A stretch of DNA of 60,725 bases from Macrostomum lignano (lineage: Eukaryota): the NCBI GenBank assembly GCA_002269645.1, contig NIVC01002182.1, positions 1 to 60,725 of the forward strand, read 5' to 3'. Positions 1-15,190 of this stretch are shown here, one piece after another. Below the pieces are notes generated by a model. That model did no database searches. It saw only the letters and a list, made by a program, of their open reading frames with translations, and was not told the DNA's origin. A program made the translations under genes and the position numbers. Position 1 is the stretch's first letter. Every line of letters begins with the position of its first letter.

Positions 1-1434
1 AATTCAATTTTTTGGCGCTTAGACTACCTTGTACATGTAGCTCATAACTCCTGATCTAATTAAGTATACGAGCATGGTCTCAGCGTTAGCAAATGTTAGC
101 AACAAATATACAAATCTACATGTATTTGGCCAGACTCATAGCCATTAAATCGCGTTACAAAGATTTCGCTCTGCAGGAATAAATGTGTAAGAGAGAAGAA
201 GTTCATTCAGATTTTTGCTAGAGCTTGACGAACCCCCTCAAAACTTGCTAGTCGCAAAACCGGTTGCGCAGGCCACATGAACAAAGCGAAAGCAGTAAGT
301 ATAATTTATGTTGAATTTACATTCCCTGTCGAATCACGGGAAACCAATTGCTCAGTAAATTAAAGCATTGTTCAAAGTGAATGCACGAATATTGTAGGCG
401 GCTCAAACTATGTGACGCTAATTGAAGCAGACACGTGACAGTGCATAACCAGCACACAGACTGTTCGCTTGGACTATACATTATCTAAAAGCGTGCGCAG
501 CGGTTACTATTTACTGCTGTAGAACCGGCCGGTTTCTGTGTAGCTGTCTGACTCGGCTAAACCAACGTAGAAGATTTGAGCGAAGAAAAAAACCGTAAAA
601 CACATGTGTATGTACATGCAGACTGCAGAACGGGGTTGGAGTTGCATTATACTCCGATCAGTTACGCGATAAAGTTTTCCTGCACGTTTCTTGCCTGTAG
701 TAGGGTTTCAAGGTGTTTCAGGCGCCTCATTCAGGTAAAATTCAGCCCCTCTCTGCTTTGACATGCATATCTGTTTTATATGTATTTGTTTAATTGAGCT
801 TAATCTATATTGTGCCCATTTATATTGTGCTCTCTACCAGCGTTGGGTCGGGTGCAAGTGGTTGGTCAGCGTATTTCATTATTAGTTTGTCAGAGTTTCA
901 AAGAAGCTTCCACAAGAGAGGACCAATCGAAAGAATGAAACTTTACTCCCATGCAAAATAATTAGCGAAACGAAAGTTCACGAAAAAGCTTTCAATCGTT
1001 AATCGAAGGAAGTTTGTGCATTCACAACTGATCAACTAAGCCGTTGGTGAATTCACCTGTGACAACGGTAAGTAACAAATCGTTTGACTTTAGTTTTTTG
1101 GTAATCAATTTTCGGAAACTACATTTACTTCTTGAAAGTCAGATGGTCTCACAATATTGAGGTTAATGGAATACGTTTCTATTCTATTTGGTTCCATTAA
1201 GCGTCCGTCAGTAGTTGGTCAACATAGCGAGCCGTCCGTCCTTGTTCATTGCTGCGCATTACTTGCCGCGCCAGCGACTCAGGGCAGTGTAGTCTCATGC
1301 CTGGCCATCCGCAGTCATCGCAGACCCAGAAGGACAGAAGGCTGCATCAGTCGCGCTTGATTGTACCGTAAAAGGCGTCGGAGAAGCTGCGACCCGGTGC
1401 CGTCCGTTTAGCGTCGAATCGATAATACGAGCGT

Positions 1435-1722
1435 AATAATTATATCTGATTACACCTGCCTTAATGGGCCGATGTGCGACTACATTTAACCGCTCCGCCG
1501 CAGCTTATTGCACGGCGTATCGGAAGGCTGCGTACGGCTGTTCAGTCCAAGGACTGGGGGTCGCCACACACAGCCTCAATTACCCCAGCTAATGCTGGCA
1601 CCCATTTTACAGCTGGGTGAATTGAAGCAATGCAGAGTTAACAATGTTGTGAGTGAGTCGAGAATCGAACCCCCGATCTTTCAGTCGTGAGTCCGACGCT
1701 CTAACCACTAGGCTACAACCAC
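1435..1722 (-). mobile_element. tRNA-derived SINE with CORE-like central domain (family A)
   Basis: Minus strand reads GGTTG-TAGCCTAGTGG (A box)...GGGGTTCGATTC (B box), then TTAACTCTGCATTGCTTCAATTCACCCAGCTGTAAAATGGG, which resembles the recalled MIR/CORE consensus (TTAACCTCTCTGAGCCTCAGTTTCCTCATCTGTAAAATGGG). The 3' end near 1435 is approximate; no TSD found. Confidence 0.7.
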
Positions 1723-2625
1723 CTAGTTGGATCGAGCAGCTCCCGAATGCAATATAATATGCGTCCTAGGGCCCTGGACTTACTCGTGTTTCCTCGCGAG
1801 GTCATCGCCAACCAAGGCCACAGAATTATTTCAGATCTTGCTGCATACAACGTATCCCGGGGTAAATGCCGGTGATGTGATGGCCACCCTTAGCTTATGG
1901 GTCATAAATGGAGTGTCATTGCATTAATGCCTGTGCCATCAATGTTTACCATACTGGCCGGATTTACTCAGAACTTCCTACCAGGACGCATTCTAATTTG
2001 TTTTATGGAATTTTCCTATTAGCCATCAGTTTGATCAGAACCCTAAACCAGACAGCAATCAACTACAGCCTGCAATATTTTACAAGACTGTCATACGATA
2101 TTTATCTCACCGTGCCATGGAATTTATTATCCTCTTAATAAGCTGTGTGAGCTGTCGGTCAAGCATTTTATTTTTTAGGGTGGCTTTAACTACTTTTTGA
2201 TTTTCATTATGCTGGCCTGGAAGCGCGTGACACGCCCGCAGGCCACTGCCCCCTTTTGTGAGTGGTGTGATTCTGCGCACTCAGTGTCCCTCCAATAGCG
2301 GCCCCTGCAGCCAAGTCTGCATCTGCACTGACTATCTTTCATTACGTCTCTTTCAGTGCATATCTGCCTTTTCGGCTGTGGAATTAATAACACCAGAACA
2401 GCGAAAACATTAAAAAAAACTATTTATCTGGCAGAAACGCTGCTGCGGTAGAAAATAATGGACAGCAGAAAAAAGAAACTGCAGCGTTGTTTTTGTTAGA
2501 AGTGTGTACCCCATTTTCTTATAGAAGTAAATTTGAGAATTGTAAATTTGATAATTTCCTACTCATACAGCTAGCATTGAATTTTCCTTCACATTTATTG
2601 TTACCAAGATCAACTACAGCCCTAC

Positions 2626-2799
2626 ATGAACGCGATTCACCTTCCCGACCAAAATAGCATGTTCAAATTGGACTTCTTGAAGTTCTGGCACTCTTCAGCA
2701 TCGTCAGGCACCAGCCCTCCTGGCGGCGGCGGCGGCGGTGGCAGCGAAGACAGCAGGAAGGAGTTATCCGGAGAAGAGCAAAGTAACAACTTCACCACG
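2626..2799 (+). CDS. Candidate coding exon, unknown Ser/Gly-rich protein (MFKLDFLKFWHSSASSGTSPPGGGGGGGSEDSRKELSGEEQSNNFTT)
   Basis: GC-rich open island in AT-rich flanks, with a (GGC)n poly-Gly run, ending at a phase-0 donor ACG|GTGAGA at 2799/2800. ATGs at 2626 and 2659. No downstream exon identified. Confidence 0.35.
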
Positions 2800-4804
2800 G
2801 TGAGACTTTGAATTAAATTCTCAATGCCATATTCAAAGCATTTCAGAGTTGCGGCTAAACTATAGCATGTGTTACACTAAAACTGTAAGAATTTCAGAGT
2901 TAAAGAATTAAAACAATCAAACCTGATATCTGCCCGAAAATTCCTGTGTTCCTAGCAGCAATAGGAATTCGAATAGCCATAAGACCTCCATAAGCCCTCT
3001 AGATTAAAAAGCTGGTATTGCGAAGGCCAAGAAAACCTAGCTACTCAGAGGAGAAGCCAGAGGGGCTTTTAGTGCTCTTTTTATGACTCAACTGGAACCC
3101 TCAAAGCAATCCAGTCCAGATTGATTTCTGCCCTCAAATCAGAGAGACCAGTCGTCACAAAAAAGCCCTCTGATATGTGAGTAGTGTACTCATATAGTAT
3201 AGAAAAGCTTCGTAAACAAAACGTGGTTCATTTCTTTCTTACTCACGCATCGCAGCGTTTTGGCGTGTGCGTCACGTCGCATATTGCCCAAATACTAATA
3301 AATGAACGCAGCCCACACTTGATAGGAAACCACACTGGTCTGTGCCTTACCCGCCCCGACCTGGAATGTTTTTTGATATGAGCTATTTTTAGAATCGCGC
3401 CATCCACTTTGCCCTCAGCTGATTTTTCAGCACTCTAACCATAAGCGGGAGCGCTGGCTATAAATAGGCATGGCATCACCCATGTACAAAAGGGACAAGT
3501 GAAAGCGAAGTAAGGGAAGGAAATTGGAGCAACGGGTGGAGGAGGACAGCGCAGCGAAAACTTTGGGCTCCAACGCACATCTTCTGAAAGAAAAGGATAC
3601 TTCTGCGCGGAAGAGACGACGATGGAGGATAGAGATGAGAGACGCTAAGCTGCAACGGGCTTAATCCTGTTCTTCCCCTGCCCTCACAGATGTGCGCATA
3701 GGGTGGTTGGGGAGACAACTGGAGGCTAGAAGAGAGAAGCTAGAAGGAGCAGAACACAGCGTACGTTTCAGAGTGTTCTCTCTCTCTCTCTCTCCGTGTC
3801 TCCCGTAGTGCGTCATGCGAGCGCTTTGGTTGTTCAAGGTCCCGCCTTTCGCCAAACACGCATGCATGTGCACAGGCAAGCGCCCGCCAACAAAAAAGAG
3901 AAGGCACAACGCGACACGAGCAAGGCCGGACGAATAGAGGAAAAATAGAGCGATATGGCCTTGTGACACAGGCAAGCGTTGCAGCACAAAATTCTGTTCC
4001 TGTGTTTAACCCAAATGTATACATGTCTGTCTAAACAGACATTTGCTTTGGAAGTATATATTCTGAGGTATAGCCCTTTTGCCAGCACCCTTCTTTGGCA
4101 CTTTAGCGCCCGCTGTAAAAAAACTTCTCGTTTAGAACACACGCTTGCCTTCTAGTGCGGCACCCCAATGCGAGGTTAAAGAAGACACCTATATAAAGAT
4201 AATCGGCATTGCTTGGCGAGCACAAATAATCCTGAACTAAGCTTCGGCAGTCCCAGTCCTACCGTGCTGAATCCACCCGAGACGGTAAGATTTTGAACTA
4301 CGAGTCAAATCAGCTGTTCGTAAAAGCTGAGTGCAGCGTAGCAACAAGTCGAGTTTTTCTGTCCGATTTTGAGAACAATCTGCTGTAAGACGAACACTTC
4401 GATAGTCGAATTTCCGTTTTTCTTAACAAAATGCGGATAAGCATTTAAGGCAGACTCTGCTTCGGGTTCGTTATCGTTAGCAGTCAATTCCGAAAGTTCC
4501 CGACTGTATGAAATTTCCTCTTCTCCTATTCCTCAAATTCGGTCAATTGAAAAGACGTACGAGTAATCCTGAAAATCAGCAAGGCGTGCGCTCGTCTCCC
4601 TTGCAGAAGCAGAGGTTGGTTCAATTCAGCTTCGAACTTGGGCCTGAACACTGCAGGACTGTAGAAAGAAATGCTAGAAAAATTTAATCCGATATGGAAA
4701 TTTCGGCACCCCTAACATCCTTGAGCACAGATTCTATAGTATCCGTAGATGTGTCCCTCCAGTGTTCACTAATGTACAATATTTAGGGGCCGTCTCCGAG
4801 GTCC

Positions 4805-4904
4805 CGAAAACCCCGGGGTTTGGGCCACAGACACCAGCTGCTGCTGCTAATGCTTGAGAGCAGCAGAAGCTATAGTCTATGGTCTGAACCCCCGGGGGTT
4901 TTCG
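4805..4904. repeat. 100-bp imperfect inverted repeat (foldback) with a 14-bp perfect palindrome in each arm
   Basis: Left arm cgaaaaccccggggtttgggccacagacaccagctgctgctgct versus reverse complement of right arm cgaaaacccccgggggttcagaccatagactatagcttctgctgct; 10-nt loop aatgcttgag. Confidence 0.8.
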
Positions 4905-7900
4905 CGCTGCGGTAGTAGTGGCCCACTGGGCAGTATGGGCAGTAGTGGCCCATCCAGGGGTGTATTGAACCTGTGTTCCTGAGTGCTTGCTAAAGGTTGA
5001 GCACGTGGTTTCATGCTAAGCTAAGTAAATAATGCCCCTGTTTTCTAGTAGAATTCAAACTCACTGCCTTTCTAATCAATCATAATTCAGGATTTCAGGA
5101 TTGTGAAATAGCTTGAACTGACAGGAATTTAATCACAAAACTGAGTGGCAACAGGACACTAGGAAACAATAGATCCGCTAAACCAGATGCAGCCTTCAAT
5201 TTTTTCTCTCCTCCATTTCTAATTATTTCTCCCAAAGCGCCTCCGGCCTATGCATCGGCTCAACTCAAACCGTGTTTTTCTCAAATCCCTCCTTCCCACT
5301 TTTTCTTCCCTTGCCTCTGCAATCCTGTGCACTATCTGGAGAGAGGAGGGGAGAGAATGCAAGGGGAGAAAGAGACGAAGAGTGATAGGAAGGGAGCATT
5401 GCACTGTATATTTTCACCAACCTTCTCTTCCTACTCTTTATCGGCCTTCAACTCCTCCTCCTTGTCCAATCCTTGTCTCCCGCAGGCCGGGTAGGCAAAG
5501 GCTTCGGGGCACCTCTAACGGACGAACGGGAGTGCCGCGGCTCTGTCCTTCTTTCCACGGCACCTCCTTCCTCGCCAGGGGCCGCCTACCCCGGCTCAAT
5601 TTTGCTTTAAAGTGAGCAGTAGCGCTACCCCCTTCCGACGCAGTGCGGTCCCCACTAAGCCACTTCTCTTCCTTGGCAAGTGTGCAAATTAAAAGAGCGG
5701 CGGGGATTCCTACTCAGACTGGGTGGCGCGGAGTCTTCTCCCATACGCGATTTCTATTTTAGGCTTACTGGCCTCTGTCCCATGACATGCTTCTGGTCCT
5801 GGCCTAAAGCTTGGGCTGCAGATCTGCAAGCCGAGGGCCTCAGTACCGACTGCTATCCCGGCAAAGTTGTCTGCCAGAGGCTCACGCACATCAGCGAGGA
5901 AGACTGCACAATTCAGGTTGGCAAATTTCTGTAGCAAATTGTGCCCCAACCCTGTCGCTCTACTCTGCCAGCTGGTGTGGCACCAGTGTCAAATGGCGAA
6001 TGGCGAGTCATTCTGTCAAGCTTTTGTGCATGAAATCTGCTAACATTGGGGCGAAATTGGCCGGATAGTTCATGGAAAATAATCCACCTGGAGTCAAGCT
6101 TTCGTAGCCATTATGATCATGCTCAAGCATTTCTATTCCAGCTTCACCAAGCTTTTCCCGTTCATCTCACGGTCGTTTGGTATAAAATTTACACAAATAC
6201 TCGCAAATCGAAATCATCGTGTGCGAATAGCAATATCCTTCGCTTATGATTTTCTATCAGCAACCTACATGCATGAAGGAAGACCTGTCGTTCCTCCAGG
6301 GAGCTCCTTGCGGGTCTCCTTTGAGGTCTTTCTCCCTGGATTTCGGGATGAAATTCAATTTTTAGCCAGTCTTATGAGCAGGGGATTGGGGGATGAAAAG
6401 TGCAGAGAAGTGAGCTCTGATCAAGTCCCTGTGTCGCATCATGTTTCAGACAAGGCATCCCTGATTAATTTCGGAAGCCGTATGTATATCACATGCATAG
6501 CCGTTTTAGCTTAAGCCAACAATTTTGGTGGTTATGATTCTCAATTTGCTATAATGATTTTTCTCCACATTCATTCGTTCTACCTCCCAGCAATTTCCTT
6601 TCTATAATACGATACAGTTTGTCCCTATTCTCGTACCCCAAGGCTACTGAGGCATGAATACGAGCTAGGTAGGAACACAGGAAGAACTCTCTCAGCTAGT
6701 AAGTCTACTATCGCAAGAGCCATCCACTATGCTCATTAATGCTCTATCTTGTCTATTATCGATCGAAGACCGGCTGTGCTACAGTTGAGCTCTCTTACTT
6801 TGATCCCGCTATGTTCTCAAGCATCTGCGCTCGCATTGCTTCTGTTCGAAATGACTCCAAAACTCTATTGGCTTGGCCATATACTTCACAGAATAGTTGT
6901 CTACGACTAAGGTAGAGAGGGTAAAGAGGCAGTGCTGAAAAAGTTGCTTGCCAATTTCCGCTCTATAGTTTATTCGAAGTTTCTTTCTCTTGCAGCAGAA
7001 CTCAGCCGCATTTAGGCCAGGACTCGTTTGGATGAGGATTTGGGAGCCTTGCTGTTCCCCATCTGTGGTAAAGCATAGAGGTGGCAGTGGCAAGTGGACA
7101 CGAATGGAAATCGATTTGGAACTCCTAAACAGGCGCATAGATGTGGAGGGATATCTGGAGAGGCCCATCGAAGCGAAAGGCTTCCGAGAGTAGGCAGTGT
7201 CTTAGCTTCAGTCACGCTCAAAGTCTACTCCACTCTACTCATCGATTGTGTGACCCAATGAAGACCTACTTGCTCATTCATTGTCTTGGAATTCAGTTTC
7301 TGCTGTTTGATTTTGGACGGCAGCGCGCGAGTAAACATGTCTCATAGATTCCTGATTCAATTTCTGACAACATTGCCTCGTAGCTGTCGTGGCCATTTTT
7401 GTTGCTAATGAAAAATATGAGAATAATGACACTTTCTATCATGTAAACCAGTTCTAAAGAAAACAAGAGCTCTGTACACCCGAACACTGAAGAGCGTTTT
7501 AGAAATGATTGACGCTTCCTAATAGCTTCTTCAAAACTTTTTTGCGTGTGTCTCTCAAACTCATCCGACTAGACTCTGCTGACCTGCTTCCTAAGTTCGA
7601 TTTTCCCAGCAAAACAGGCTGAGCTCAGTCTGCAGGAGGTCGAAATACTGCGGCAAAAACGACAGCTCGACTCGCGTTTTTTCCCCAAGCTAATTACTTC
7701 GTTCAAGGTCCGTGTAATCTCGCCCTCTCCGAAGTGACCTTTTGCATATGGGATGACAGGCAAATTATTCGCTTCAACGTCTTTCTTTTCTGCTTCTTGA
7801 CTGAACACGCGGATAGCGGAGATGGAATAGCATAGAAGAAGCTCATTCTCAGACAGATCGCATCACTGCAATCAATTTCCGGGCTTGCAAAGCAGCCTGT

Positions 7901-8337
7901 GTGTCGTAAAGTTATTTTTGGGAAATAAGAAAAGCAAAGTTTGTTGAGCTTAGAGCAAAAATGAATGACTGACTCTGTTGTGCGAGAATTTCCGAATGCA
8001 GCAGGGCAGGCAGCTTTCCTGTGTCCGGTGCCAATCTATGGCAGCCTCCAGCCACTGGTCAGTAGGGATTTAGCTAATTCGCCCTTCAAGCGTGTCTATC
8101 TGCTTTTTTCAGGCATTGCTTGAAATAAAAGTGCTCCTAGCAACTGCAGCACAGTGGCAGAAGCGATATGAACAACTATGTTGGTTTTATTGGAATTACC
8201 ATTCATAACACCGCAGTTGTCACTATTCCTGCAAAAGTGAATTCGCAATCAGTTTTTTTACTTTATACTTTACAGCAGAGGTCGGCTCTTTTTACCCTCA
8301 AAGGCCAGATAGAGAACCTAGTGCATGACTGCGGGCC

Positions 8338-8772
8338 AGAGGAGGGAAGAGAGGAGAAAGAAAAAAGAAGGGAGAGGACGGGGAATAAAAGAGAATAGAG
8401 GAGAGATTAAATAGGAAAGGAGAGAGGAGAGAAGAGAAGAGGAGAGAGGAGAGAGGAAAGAGGAGAGAAGAGAAACGAGAGACAAGAGAGGAGAGAGGAG
8501 AGAAGAGAGAAGAGAGAGGAGAAAGGAGAGAGGGGAGAAGAGAGAGCAGAGAGGAGAGAGGAGTTTAAAGAGAAGAGAGAGGAGAGAGGAGAGAGGAGAG
8601 AGGAGAGATGAGTGATGAGAGAGGAGATTAAAGAGAAGAAAGAGGAGAGATGAGAGATAAGAGATGAGAGAGGAGAGCAGAGAGAGAAGAGATAAGAGAG
8701 GAGAGAGGAGAGCAGAGAGAGGAGAGATGATAAGGAGAGAGGTGATTAAAGAGAAGAGAGCTGAGAAGAGAC
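8338..8772. repeat. Polypurine (GA-rich) low-complexity tract, degenerate GAGAGGA-like units
   Basis: About 430 nt almost entirely G/A on the + strand. Confidence 0.95.
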
Positions 8773-9640
8773 ACGAACCTTGATCGGGCCCGCACTGCTA
8801 TTGTGAAGTTTCAAAGGACCCGAGGGCCGCAGTTTACCGACACCTGCTTTACAGCATGGTTTGCTTGATTTGGCTTAACATTAACACTCCTCACAGTTAA
8901 AGTCACCCTGTCAGTATTAATTACTGTTCTTCTCCTGTACGTTTCTCCCGACCTCCGTCTCATACGAGATTTCGTATAGATTTAGTTTGCTAAGTCCAAC
9001 CAATCTATCACAGATATATAAGTTAATTTCAAGCTCGGCAATGCAGCTTCATCAGTTCTGCTTGAGCAGTCAGCCCCGGGAGGCAGTTTACGAGTAAAGA
9101 CCTACATAGTCCGACTCTAATTAATTCGCTATTTCTGCCGCTCGAGATCCATAAGCCCCAGATAAGGAAAAACAGCAAAGCGATGCGTTGATGAAATTCG
9201 GTTTTATTTAGAATTCGTTGCTCCATCTTTTTCGCTACTCGGCGGCCCAGCTCATGATCTGAATAATTAATAAGCTTTTTGCCAGCTGAGCAGATGCCCG
9301 AAGATGAGCTAAGAAAAACGATGACTCTGACTTGACTGTGTTGACTATTGCTTTTGCAGAACATTGCAGCAAAGCTCAACTCTTGAGGCTGACTGCATTG
9401 GCTCTGGTCCTGCGCACGAATATAATGGCCACTTCAATCATGACAACCACTAATTCAGAATGACAGCCTCTCTTCGACGATTTCATTTTTCTTGCATTCT
9501 GCTTGGTTTCTCCTTGAGTCTTCTTCTTTTTCTTTGAAGTCACCTAGAAAGGCCGCAAATGAGACGTACTTGCGGGATATTCACCTCAGGATAGCGTGAA
9601 GGCGCAGGACTGCAACTGATTGCTAAGCTAACTTGATTGT

Positions 9641-9733
9641 GGATGGAAGGAAGGAAGGAAGGAAGGAAGGAAGGAAGGAAGGAAGGAAGGAAGGAAGGAA
9701 GGATGGAAGGAAGGAAGGAAGGAAGGAAGGAAG
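9641..9733. repeat. (GGAA)n microsatellite, about 23 units with two GGAT variants
   Basis: Read directly from sequence. Confidence 0.98.
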
Positions 9734-12055
9734 TTTTTTGAGTACCCAGCCTGCTCAGAGCTATTCAAACCATTGCCGACGCGGAACAGACACAAGCGTT
9801 CTTTATTTGCATCTCTTCCATAGAAGCGAGCTTCAAATGGAAAAGACAGACCATCAGTTTTGAGGCAGAGAGCAAACTTTCAGTTTACAGGCCAAACTGC
9901 ACACGAATGCTGCATAACCCAGCAGAACCGTTGTTGTTTGAACCCAACAAACGCAAACACACCCGCGTGTGTGCAGTGCGTGACTTCTTCTGACCCAGTT
10001 AATAGACGAAGCAAAAATTCTGAACTTGGAACACTAATAAAGACGCCTTTAAATAATGAATCACTTTGATACTTTTCAAGGAGACTGCCAAGAGTTTGTG
10101 CTCTTTATCGTGAGATCGAAGCAATCATAACCAATTTACTAAGGCAAAAACTATCTATACTTTTTATCAACCATAATATTATAATCCTATGAATGAATTG
10201 AATTCCATTTTCAATCAATTTTATTCAGAATAGCTAAAGGACTTTGGAAATTGCCCGTGGAAATGCCAAGGATCTGTACTTTTTTACTTTTTCATTTGGG
10301 CAGCCCAGTGGAAGTTATTAGAGATAGGGCAACGGAGGGCCAGCATATCTGTCCTCCCCATTCCTTTCTGCCTCTCCCTTTCTCCATCTCTTTCCGTCGC
10401 ATCAGGGAATATCCCCTTTGTGCAGCGCACGGAATAAAATAATTCGCGCAAAGTATGGAATTAGGCAAACGGACAATTCGCTGTATGCTTGTGCGTGCAT
10501 TGAATGCCGGCATTCCAATAGGGGGGGGTGCAGATCCCATGCATCTTCCGACCCTCAGTGCCATTTGTCTGCACTTCCAGGCTATAGGCGCCCATTTGCA
10601 CAGGCAGTGCAGAAGTTGTGCATATCGAAATAGTCAAGTACTGATGACACCGTGTGCTTTTTGTCGCATTTAATGCAGTTGTGTTTGCTGTGCCCTCTCT
10701 AGCTGCGGATGAGTCTGGGGTTTCCCTGCTATTGTTGACACAACCAGTGCAATCTGTTTAACCAAAGCACACAGTCTGAACTTTGCAGTGGCTACTCATA
10801 GATTGCTTTTAGCAAATTGAATCGACAAAATGATGAAAAAAGTCAAAGCTGCTTATCTCAAGCTGAGATTCAAATTTGAGTTTACAAGATTCAAGGCAGC
10901 TTTATAAAGATTTCATGCTGGAGTTCAGGTGATTTAGTGCCTAGAAATCATTGATTAATCTGGGGATTTTGAACCCGAACAGCATTCTCATCCAGCTGCA
11001 GAGAAGCAGATTTGAGTGTCTTAGTGCCAATTTGTCAAAGCCAAAGCTTTCTCAAAATTAAAAAGGCTCCCCAAGGGACTCGCTAATCCGCTGCAGTCGC
11101 CTTTGACCTCGCTGCTTCCTTCCTAACTCAATCAGCCTCAGGTGGCTCGGAGATTAGCCAAGTGCCCCCTCCCCTTAACTTCCCTCCTTTGCTTCACCTC
11201 TCGACTCGCTCGACCCGGTGAGTTCCCTGTTTGGCTCAGCAAGCCGCCGCGGCCTGCGCAGCTGAGCACGATAGAAATCAATGCGCACTCGAGCCGCGGT
11301 CTTATCCATCCATCTCAGGCGCCACGCCATTCGAATAGCAAAGCGTGAGAGAAAAAATTGCCGTTCAGCCCGATGCTTTTTCTCCCATCCATTACAAAAT
11401 TCTTAGCGAGTGCGCAGCGGCTGTGTGCCTGACAGGCCAGAGTGCAGCAGTGCAGCCAGGATTAGCGGGAATTTCAAAGGGGGTCAGGCAAAGAAGAGAA
11501 AGGAGTAGAGGGAGAAGGGGAGAGAGGCGACTCAAGAATGCTCTCGGTCCATGCCCAGCTTCTTCTGCGGATGATAGAAGAAGGGAGAGAGATGGAGAGC
11601 AGAGAAAATGAAAGTAGAAAGAGTGGAGAGCGGGAGAAAAGGACAAGCTGAGAGGTGCAGTGAAGAGGCGGCCGAAGTCATTTCACAGGAAAGCCGCCCC
11701 CCTCAATTCCAGCCGTTTCCACCCCGCTGCTTCCAGGAAGGCTCCGGCTTCAGAATAAAGCCATGCCGTCTGAGAGCTGCACAGAATGGCCGGCCTTTGC
11801 CCTCGATCTTCTCCTTCCTATTTTTCTCCCCCAACCCGACTCTCTTTCCAGTTGCTTTGAAACAATCCAGCTGATTTTCCTTCCTCGTCCCTCGACTGTA
11901 AACCCTAGGGATCTGATCCTATTTAAGAAATCAACTCAGGAAATGCGAAATGCTTTGATAAAATGCTGGTAGATTCCTTATTTAATTACTTAATTGAGGG
12001 CAACTAAGTACGAGCGTACTTCGATTTTAATTTGGGAATGCTTCTTCTATTCTTA

Positions 12056-12430
12056 GCCCGTAGCCCAGTGGTCTAGCGCAGCGCTCTGATGTGCCAGCGG
12101 CCCAGGCTCGATTCCCAGTGCAGTCACATTAACTTTGGTGCTGAATTGGAATCTCGGCTTGGCTCTGCTCGTGCAATTAACGCCCTTGAGAGCCAGCCCA
12201 CAAGGCACAGTGAAGTGTACATGCCTAACGATAAATAAAGCTAGGGCCGCTGTACACTCCTGTGTGAGTGCCTGTGCGTATGACTGCGTACGTATCCGCG
12301 CGCTTGTGTGCCTGCTCAGGGAAGTCGGCGGAATGGGCAGTAATGCCTCTCGCCGGTTGTGTGACAATGTCGCTTAAAGTGCGCCAGGGTGCACACAGCC
12401 CCCAATGTCTCTACCTGTAATAAAAAGTTA
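12056..12430 (+). mobile_element. tRNA-derived SINE family B, full-length copy with 8-bp TSD
   Basis: A box TAGCCCAGTGG (12061), B box GGCTCGATTCC, body shared with 14503-14825, A-rich tail. Direct repeat TATTCTTA at 12048-12055 and 12431-12438. Confidence 0.85.
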
Positions 12431-12506
12431 TATTCTTATAACATTACACTCGCACACTTTCCCGTCTTTCCCGCAGGTGCACCCTGTGAATTGCCCCAGA
12501 AACGGC

Positions 12507-15190
<2,684 letters not shown>

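Noticed and set aside
688-740. Possible non-coding micro-exon (CCTGTAG|...CAG|GTAAAA) and isolated donors at about 295, 1068, 4286 and 11218
   Set aside because: Splice-like motifs alone are too common to call without transcript data. The GTGAGT at 11218 is a plausible NDR 5'UTR donor but unproven.
2057-2625. Short repeat ATCAACTACAGCC at about 2058 and 2609
   Set aside because: A 13-bp match with no extension and no element between that would make it a TSD.
12056-12130. Possible tRNA genes (also 1650-1722 and 22462-22525)
   Set aside because: A/B boxes are present but acceptor and anticodon stems do not pair properly, and each continues into a repeat body; treated as SINE heads or captured fragments.
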